64,000 nucleotides of DNA from Dendrobates tinctorius. Lineage: Eukaryota. The position numbers were made by a program, and so were the translations under genes. Of this stretch, positions 55,301 to 64,000 are shown one piece after another. The notes under the pieces are model-generated. The model was not told where the DNA came from and searched no databases. It worked only from the letters and a program-made list of their open reading frames with translations. The first letter of the stretch is position 1. The number at the start of each line of letters is the position of its first letter. Where the stretch lies: contig NW_027361784.1 in the NCBI RefSeq assembly GCF_039654945.1, forward strand, positions 44,516,001-44,580,000. The letters are read 5' to 3'.

Positions 55301-55748
55301 GTTAAACAGACTGTGACCTCACTGCTCTCACTGTGACATCATCCAATCACAGACTGACCTGCTCCATAGACTGTGACCTCACTGCCCTCACTGTGACATC
55401 ATCCGTTCGCAGACTGACCTGTTACATATACTGTGACCTCACTGCTGTCACTGTGACATCCTATCACAGACTGACCTTCTACATAGACTGTGACCTCACT
55501 GTGACATCATCCAATCACAGACTGACCTGTTACATAGACTTTGACCTCACTGCTCTCACTGTGACATTTAATCACAGACTGACCTGCTACATAGACTGTG
55601 ACCTCACAGCTCTCACTGTGACATCTAATCACAGACTGACCTGCTCCATAGACTGTGACCTCACTACTCTCACTGTGACATCATCCAATCACAGACTGAC
55701 CTGCTACATAGACTGTGACCTCACTGCCCTCACTGTGACATCATCCAA

Positions 55749-55904
55749 AGACATACTGATAGGGAATATAGATTGTGAGCCCCACCCGGGACAGTGATGA
55801 AAATGTGTGCAAACTGTAAAGCGCTGCGGAATATGTTAGCGCTATATAAAAAAAAAAAAAAAAAAAAAAAAATAAAAATAAAGATTTATTTATTTATTTT
55901 ATTT
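55749..55904 (+). mobile_element. 5'-truncated V-SINE 3' fragment inserted in the satellite
   Basis: Same tail as the SINE at 12710-13027; A-rich/ATTT tail; ATCCAA on both sides. Confidence 0.85.
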
Positions 55905-56860
55905 ATCCAATCACAGACTGACCTGCTACATAGACTGTGACCTCACTGCTCTCACTGTGACATCTAATCACAGACTGACCTGCTCCATAGACTGTGACCT
56001 CACTGCCCTCACTGTGACATCATCCAATCACAGACTGACCTGCTACATAGACTGACCTCACTGCTCTCACTGTGACATCATTCAATCACAGACTGACCTG
56101 CTACATAGACTGTGACCTCACTGCCCTAACTGTGACATCATCCAATCACAGACTGACCTGCTATATAGACTGTGACTTCACTGCACTCACTGTGACATCA
56201 TCCAATCATAGACTGACCTGTTACATAGACTGTGACTTCACTGCTCTCACTGTGACATCATCCAATCACAGCCTAACCTGCTACATAGACTGTGACCTCA
56301 CTGCTCTCACTGTGACATCATTCAATCACAGCCTGACCTGCTACATAGACTGTGACCTCACTGCCCTAACTGTGACATCATCCAATCACAGCCTGACCTG
56401 CTACATAGACTGTGACCTCATTGCTCTCAGTGTGACATCATCCAATCACAGACTGACCTGCTACTTAGACTGTGACCTCACTGCTCTCACTATGACATCA
56501 TCCATTCACAGACTGACATGCTTCATAGACTTTGACCTCACTGCCCTCACTGTGACATCATCCAATCACAGACTGACCTGCTACATAGACTGTGGCCTCA
56601 CTGCTCTCACTGTGACATCATCCAATCACAGACTGACCTGTTACATAGACTGTGACCTCACTGCTCTTACTGTGACATCATCCAATCATAGCCTGACCTG
56701 CTACATAGACTGTGACCTCACTGCTCTGTTGTGAGTTAATTTTCCCCTTCACCATTGAGGTCTGATGAACTTCCTCTTCTGGTGAAGGAATGTAGTGAGG
56801 CTGATTACCAAGCACCTGAGCTGGATGATGATGACTGGGTGACGGGAATTGCTGACTGGA

Positions 56861-56866
56861 TATAAG
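56861..56866 (+). promoter_or_regulatory. Probable LTR TATA box
   Basis: TATAAG 26 nt upstream of the sequence complementary to the PBS. Confidence 0.6.
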
Positions 56867-57539
56867 GCAGCTGACGCCCTTCTGCCTGGCTGGTGATTTC
56901 TCAGAGGGATTCTAGGAGACCAGTCTGTTTCCTGCTCCTCAAAAGCTAAGTTTTCTGCTCTGCTTTTTGCATTTGTGTTTTGGTTTTTGTTTTGCATTGT
57001 TTTTCTGGATTTCTGCCATTCCCTGCTGGGGTGAGCTGAATTCCTTTTTTGCCTTTTTGCTCTGTCTTCAGAAAATACCTGAGTACTGATATAGTCTTTT
57101 TGAAGCCTAGCGTCTTCAGGGCTTTTTTTCCCTGTCAGTCTGTTGGCTCATGTTTTGATAGGGTGTTTGTGCGGATTGCAGACAGCAGCTTTTCTATAGT
57201 GTCCTATTTAGTTAGCTTGGGCCCCATCATTTGCTAAGCCTATCTTTCTATCTGTGTTAGTGTTTTTTCATCTTGCTTCACCGTCATTATATGTTGGGGG
57301 CTGCCTATTGCTTTGGGGTCTGCTCTGGGGCAGTTTAGATTTCCCTTTCTGTCTTTAGGCTATTTAGCTCTCCGGCTGTGATCGAGGGGTCTAGGGCACC
57401 GTAGGAACCCCCCACGGCTACTGCTAGTTGTTGTTGATAGGTTCAGGGGTCTGTAATCCGATAGCTGCCAACTTCTCTGGTTTTTTGGACTTAGCTAGTA
57501 TTTCTGTTTTTGCCTCCTACGGTGACTCATTCATAACAG

Positions 57540-57551
57540 AATCACCAGCCA
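57540..57551 (+). promoter_or_regulatory. Self-priming-type primer binding site
   Basis: AATCACCAGCCA, exact reverse complement of LTR 56887-56898 (TGGCTGGTGATT); no TGG tRNA-type PBS. Confidence 0.75.
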
Positions 57552-57664
57552 TACCGCAGATCCTAGGGTACTCAATAGCAGGAAAGAATTGCAAAAAAAA
57601 AAAAAAAGGTGTGTATATTTTTTCCTCTATATATCTGAGGCCGTAGGGGTATTTTTTTCTCTCA

Positions 57665-60600
57665 ATGGAGATAAAGCAATTGTCTGATCGTGTGGAGCAG
57701 CTCGCTGTGGAAGTGCGGGGAATTTCCGCCTACCTTGCTCATTCACATGCTGCTGAACCAAAGATCCCTACTCCTGATGTGTTTTTTGGGGATCGGTCTA
57801 AATGTTTGAATTTCAAAAATAATTGGAAATTATTTTTTGCCTTGAAGCCTAACTCGTCAGGGAGCTACACGCAGCAGGTTAAAATTGTCATCTCTTTGCT
57901 GCGTGGCGATCCCCAGGATTGGGCGTTTTCTTTGAAACCAGATGATCCTATTCTGACTAATGTGAATGCATTTTTTCAAGCCTTGTGGTTGTTGTATGAC
58001 AAACCTAATGCTATTGATCAGGCTGAAAAGACCCTGTTGGCATTGAGCCAGGGTCGAGACTCTGCAGAATTGTACTGTCAAAAATTCCGAAAGTGGGCGG
58101 TCCTTACTACCTGGAATGATAATGCCTTGGCAGCTCTCTTTCGGAAGGGTTTGTCAGAAGTCGTAAAACATGCTATGGTGGGATTTCCTGTTCCCTCTGG
58201 TCTTGACGATTCTATGTCATTAGCCATTCAGGTTGATCGGCGTTTACGTGAACGCAGGACTGCACGAGAGGTGTTGCCACCTGTTGAACAAGTGTCTGAA
58301 CCTATGCAATGTGATAGAGTTTTGTCCAGGGAGCAACGTCAGGACTTCAGAAGGCGTAATAAGCTGTGTTTTTTTTGTGGAGATGCCTCGCATATTATTT
58401 CTGTCTGTCCTAAACGAGAGAAACGTTTTGCACACACATTTTCTGTGGGTGGTGTTCAACCTAAGTTTCTTCTGGCAATTACTCTGATCTGCTCCCTGTC
58501 CACATTTTCCGCCAAGGCTTTTGTGGATTCGGGAGCAGCCCTGAACCTAATGGACTTGGATTTTGCTAAACGTTGTGGATTTCCTATGACACCTCTGCGG
58601 ACGCCTATCCCTTTGAGGGAGATTGATGCTACTCCTTTGGCGAAAAATAAACCTCAGTTTTGGACCCAGGTGGTAATGCGGGTCACCCCAGACCATCAAG
58701 AAAATTGCAGATTTTTGGTGTTGCATAATTTGCATGATACCATTGTTCTGGGGTTTCCCTGGTTGCAAATTCATAATCCAGTTTTGGATTGGAAATCTGT
58801 GTCTGTGGTGAGTTGGGGTTGTCGGTGTGCCCTTAGTGAGGCTCCGGTTTTTTCCACCTCTCCTCAGTCGCATGATGTTCCTGACAATTTGGCGGACTTT
58901 TATGATGTATTTAGTGAGAATGAGTCTGCGTCTTTGCCTTCTCATAGGAGTTATGACTGTGCTGTTGAACTGAGCCCGGGGTGTACATTTCCCAAGGGTC
59001 GGCTCTTCAATTTATCTGTACCCGAGCACGAGGCTATGCGATCCTATATTAAGGAGGCGTTGGAGAAGGGTCATATTAGACCATCCTCTTCACCCTTAGG
59101 TGCTGTTTTTTTTTTTCGTGGCCAAAAAGGATGGTTCATTAAGGCCTTGTATTGATTATCGTGCCCTCAACAAAATTACTATTAAATATCAGTATCCGTT
59201 ACCCCTGATTTCGGATCAATTCTCCAGACTTAAAGGTGCTTGCTGGTTTACCAAGCTTGACCTCAGGGGGGCGTATAATCTTATCCGCATTAAGCATGGG
59301 GATGAATGGAAGACGGCGTTTAATACTCCGGAGGGACATTTTGAGTACCTGGTGATGGCTTTTGGGCTCACTAATGCCCCTTCTGTCTTCCAGTGCTTCA
59401 TGAACGACATTTTCCGAGACTTTGTGGATAAATTTTTGATTATCTATCTGGATGATATTTTGATCTTCTCCAAGGATTGGGATTCTCATGTTGAACATGT
59501 TCGGACTGTGTTCTGGATCTTGAGGGAGAATTCCCTATATGTCAAAGGATCGAAATGCTTTTCTGGGGTACAGAGGATTTCATTTTTGGGATTTATTTTG
59601 TCTCCGTCAACTATTGAAATGGATCCGGCCAAGGTACAGGCCATTTATGATTGGGTTCAGCCCACTTCTTTGAAGGCCCTCCAGAAGTATTTGGGTTTTG
59701 CTAATTTTTATCGGAAATTTATAGCAAAATTTTCTAGTATTGCCAAGCCATTGACTGATCTGACTAAGAAGGGTGCTGATGTGTTGAATTGGTCTCCGGA
59801 GGCTGTTTCTTCCTTTCAGGAGCTGAAGCGAAGATTCACTTCTGCCCCGGTTTTGCGGCAACCTGATGTCTCACTCCCGTTCCAGGTAGAGGTGGACGCT
59901 TCTGAGATTGGTGCAGGAGCTGTTTTGTCCCAAAAGGATCCTGTAACATCTAAAATGAATCCCTGTGCTTTCTTTTCCCGAAAGTTCTCCCCATCTGAAC
60001 GTAACTATGATGTGGGGAATCGGGAACTGTTAGCCATGAAATGGGCATTTGAGGAGTGGAGACATTGGTTGGAGGGAGCTAAACATCAAGTTGTGGTCCT
60101 CACTGACTACAAGAATTTGATTTACCTGGAGTCGGCCAAACGCTTGAACCCTAGACAGGCTAGGTGGGCCTTGTTTTTTACACGTTTTGATTCTGTGGTC
60201 TCTTTTCTTCCTGGCACTAAGAATGTCAAGGCTGACGCTCTCTCTAGGAGCTTCTTTGCTGATTCTCCTGTGGTGACCAAGCCTGCTACCATCTTAGGCG
60301 AAGGGGTAGTTCTTTCTGCCATCTCGCCCGATTTGAGACGTGCTCTGGGAGAGTTCCAGGAGGACAAACCTGAGCGTTGTCCCAGTGGAAAGTTGTATGT
60401 TCCTGACCAGTGGAAGAAGAGAGTGATGTCTGAAGTTCATTGCTCTGCATTGTCTGGTCATCCAGGTATTTTTGGTACTAGAGATCTGGTGAGTCGGTCT
60501 TTTTGGTGGCCCGTCTTGTCTCGTGATGTCAGGAATTTTGTGCAGTCCTGTGGGACTTGCTCCCGGTATAAACCTTGTTCTCGCTCTAGTGGGTTGTTGA

Positions 60601-61858
60601 TGCCTTTGCCGATCCCCAGGAGGCCATGGACCCATATTTCAATGGATTTCATCTCTGATATGCCTGTCTCTCAGAGAATGACTGTTATTTGGGTGATTTG
60701 TGATAGGTTCTCTAAGATGGTTCATCTTGTACCACTCCCTAAGTTGCCATCTTCCTCTGAGTTGGTGCCCCTTTTTTTGCAACAGGTGGTTCGCTTGCAC
60801 GGGATTCCTGAGAACATTGTATCTGACAGAGGAGTTCAGTTTGTGTCTAGATTTTGGAGGACTTTCTGTTCCAAGCTGGGAATTCAGTTGTTCTTCTCCT
60901 CTGCTTTTCACCCTCAGACCAATGGGCAGACTGAGAGAACAAACCAGACCTTGGAGTCATATTTGAGATGTTTTATTTCCGCTGATCAGGATGATTGGGT
61001 TTCATTTTTGCCATTGGCCGAATTTGCTTTAAATAATAGAGCTAGTTCTGCCACTTTGATGTCACCTTTTTTTGTAACTTTGGGTTTCATCCTCGATTTT
61101 CTTCAGGGCAGGTGGAGCCTTCTGCCTGCCCAGGTGTTGACACTGTGGTGGAGAGAATGCACCAGATCTGGGACCAAGTGGTAGATAAGTTATCTCTCTC
61201 CCAGGAAAAGGCCCAGCGGTTTTCCAACCGACATAGGACCATGGGTCCCCAGTTTAAGGTGGGTGATATGGTTTGGTTATCATCCAAAAATATCGCTATG
61301 AAGGTGGCTTCTCCTAAGTTTAAGCCTAGATTGATTGGACCTTACAAGATTTTGGAGATAATTAATCCGGTCTCTTTTCGTTTGGCTCTTCCTGTCACAT
61401 TTAAAATCCTTAATGTGTTTCATAAGTCCTTGTTGAAGAGGTTTGTTGAACCAGTAGTTCCTGGGGTGGCACCTCCGGACCCTGTATTGGTTGAAGGTAA
61501 CATGGAATATGAGTTAGAGAAGATACTGGATTCCTGTCTGGTTAGACGGAGACTCCAGTATTTGATTAAGTGGAAGGGTTATGGTCAGGAGGATAATTCT
61601 TGGGTCTCTGCCTCTGATATTCATGCCAAAAGATTGGTGCGTGCCTTTCATCGGGCTCACCCTGATCGCCCTGGTGGCGTGGATGAGGGTTCGGTGACAC
61701 CTCCTCAAGGGGGAGGTACTGTTGTGAGTTCATTTTCCCCTTCACCATTGAGGTCTGATGAACTTCCTCTTCTGGTGAAGGAAGGTAGTGAGGCTGATTA
61801 CCAAGCACCTGAGCTGGATGATGATGACTGGGTGACGGGAATTGCTGACTGGATATAA
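57665..61858 (+). pseudogene. Gag-Pol polyprotein (Gag, CCHC knuckle, protease, RT, RNase H, integrase, chromodomain) split by two 1-nt homopolymer frameshifts
   Basis: CFFCGDASHIISVC; FVDSGA; YLDDILI; VDASEIG; H-H-C-C and D,D,E integrase motifs; GPY; YELEKILD...QYLIKWKGY...NSW chromodomain. Confidence 0.93.
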
Positions 61859-64000
61859 GGTAGCCGACGCCCTTCTGCCTTGCTGGTGATTTCTCTGAGG
61901 GATTCTAGGAGACCAGTCTGATTCCTGCTCCTCAAAAGCTAAGTTTTCTGCTCTGCTTTTTGCATTTGTGTTTTGGTTTTGTTTTGCATTGTTTTTCTGG
62001 ATTTCTGCCATTCCCTGCTGGGGTGAGCTGAATTCCTTTTTGCCTTTTTGCTCTGTCTTCAGAAAATACCTGAGTACTGATATAGTCTTTTTGAAGCCTA
62101 GCGTCTTCAGGGCTTTTTTTCCCTGTCAGTCTGTTGGCTCATGTTTTGATAGGGTATTTGTGCGGATTGCAGACAGCAGCTTTTCTATCCTGTCCTATTT
62201 AGTTAGCTTGGGCCCCATCATTTGCTTAGCCTATCTTTCTATCTGTGTTAGTGTTTTTTCATCTTGCTTCACCATCATTATATGTTGGGGGCTGCCTATT
62301 GCTTTGGGGTCTGCTCAGAGGCAGTTTAGATTTCCCTTTCTGTCTTTAGGCTATTTAGCTCTCCGGCTGTGATTGAGGGGTCTAGGGCACCGTAGGAACC
62401 CCCCACGGCTACTGCTAGTTGTTGTTGATAGGTTCAGGGGTCTGCAATCCGATAGCTGCCAACTTCTCTGGTTTTCTGGACTTAGCTAGTATTTCTGTTT
62501 TTGCCTCCTACGGTGACTCATTCATAACACTGCTCTCACTGTGACATCATCCAATCACAGACAGATATGCTACATAGACTGTGACCTCACTGCTCTCACT
62601 GTGACATCATCCAATCACAGATTGACCTGCTACATAGACTGTGACCTGACTGATCTCACTGTGACATCATCCAATCACAGACTGACCTGTTACCTAGACT
62701 GTAACCTCACTGCCCTCACTGTGACATCATCCAATCACAGACTGACCTGTTACATATACTGTGACCTCACTGCTCTCACTGTGACATCAACCAATCACAG
62801 ACTGACCTGCTCCATAGACTGTGACCTTACTGCTGTCACTGTGACATCATCCAATCACATATTGACCTTCTACATAGACAGTGACCTCACTGCCCTCACT
62901 GTGACATCATCCAATCACAGACTGACCTGCTACATAGACTGTGACCTCACTGCCCTCACTGTGACATCATCTAATCACAGACTGACCTTCTACATAGACT
63001 GTGTCCTCACTGCTCTCACTGTGACATCATCCAATCACAGACTGATCTGCTACATAGACTGTGACCTCACTGCTCTCACGGTGACATCATCCAATCACAG
63101 ACTGACCTGTTACATATACTGTGACCTCACTGCTCTCACTGACATCAACCAATCACAGACTGACCTGTTACATATACTGTGACCTCACTGCTCTCACTGT
63201 GAAATCAACCAATCACAGACTGACATGCTCCATAGACTGTGACCTCACTGCTCTCACTGTGACATCATCCAATCACAGACTGACCTTCTACATAGACTGT
63301 GAGCTCACTGCCCTAACTGTGACATCATCCAATCACAGACTGACCTGCTAAATAGACTGTGACCTCACTGCTCTCACTGTGACATCATGCAATCACAGAC
63401 TGACCTGCTACATAGACTGTGACCTCACTGCTCTCACTGTGACATCATCCAATCACAGACTGACCTGTTACATATACTGTGACCTCACTGCTCTCACTGT
63501 GACATCAACCAATCACAGACTGACCTGTTACATATACTGTGACCTCACTGCTCTCACTGTGACATCAACCAATCACAGACTGACCTGCTCCATAGTCTGT
63601 GACCTTACTGCTCTCACTGTGACATCATCCAATCACACTGACCTGCTACATAGACTGTGACCTCACTGCTCTCACTGTGACATCATCCAATCAAAGACTG
63701 ACCTGTTACATATACTGTGACCTCACTGCTCTCACTGTGACATCAACCAATCACAGCCTGACCTGCTCCATAGACTGTGAACTTACTGCTCTCACTGTGA
63801 CATCATCCAATCACAGACTGACCTGCTCCATAAACTGTGACCTCACTGCTCTCACTGTGACATCATCCAATCACAGACTGACCTTCTACATAGACTGTGA
63901 CCTCACTGCCCTAACTGTGACATCATCCAATCACAGACTGACCTGCTACATAGACTGTGACCTCACTGCTCTCACTGTGACATCATCCAATCACAGACTG

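Larger units (their letters stand above)
56727..62529 (+). mobile_element. Full-length Ty3/Gypsy chromovirus (Tf1/sushi group) LTR retrotransposon
   Basis: LTRs 56727-57538 and 61720-62529 (TGTTGTGA...TCATAACA), about 20 differences by eye; PPT AAGGGGGAGG before the 3' LTR; CTGCTC flanks both ends. Confidence 0.97.
53400..64000. repeat. 60-bp satellite (ctcactgctctcactgtgacatcatccaatcacagactgacctgctccatagactgtgac), interrupted by a SINE fragment and a Gypsy element, running off the window end
   Basis: Exact 60-bp register at 53401-54580; arrays 53400-55748, 55905-56726, 62530-64000. Confidence 0.98.

Noticed and set aside
53416-55305. 629-aa ORF with a 20-aa Cys/His repeat (and similar ORFs to 63660)
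   Set aside because: Stop-free frame of the 60-bp satellite; starts at GTG, with no unique domain
57665-59155. Domesticated sushi-derived gene (PEG10/RTL1-like)
   Set aside because: Has paired LTRs, PBS, PPT, TSD and full pol, so it is a retrotransposon
31672-64000. COL22A1 vWA-domain exon
   Set aside because: No ORF with a vWA DxSxS motif seen; presumably beyond the window

Overview
Vertebrate (very likely frog/anuran, inferred from the TE families) genomic DNA. The only host gene is COL22A1 on the minus strand: seven GT-AG, phase-compatible exons (31597-31671, 14521-14632, 9760-9883, 8962-9237, 8423-8503, 3793-3906, 2764-2808) encoding the vWA-TSPN linker, TSPN domain, Pro/Cys linker and first Gly-X-Y exon. 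The upstream vWA exon is not in the window, so 31672-64000 is probably one long intron. The introns are packed with repeats: two Helitron ends, hAT, Harbinger and Kolobok/T2 MITEs, three defective Tc1 copies, CR1 and L2 LINEs, a V-SINE, three solo LTRs, Penelope-like inverted repeats, a telomeric array inside a MITE, and a 60-bp satellite holding a near-intact chromoviral Gypsy element. Most notable: a tRNA-independent self-priming signature in the Gypsy element, a pair of decayed minimal hammerhead ribozymes, an unexplained covarying RNA stem-loop shared by two Penelope-like elements, a 2A-like peptide in the L2, a MITE carrying (TTAGGG)n, and a ~3 kb foldback next to an exon. I see no evidence for a wholly new protein-coding system.
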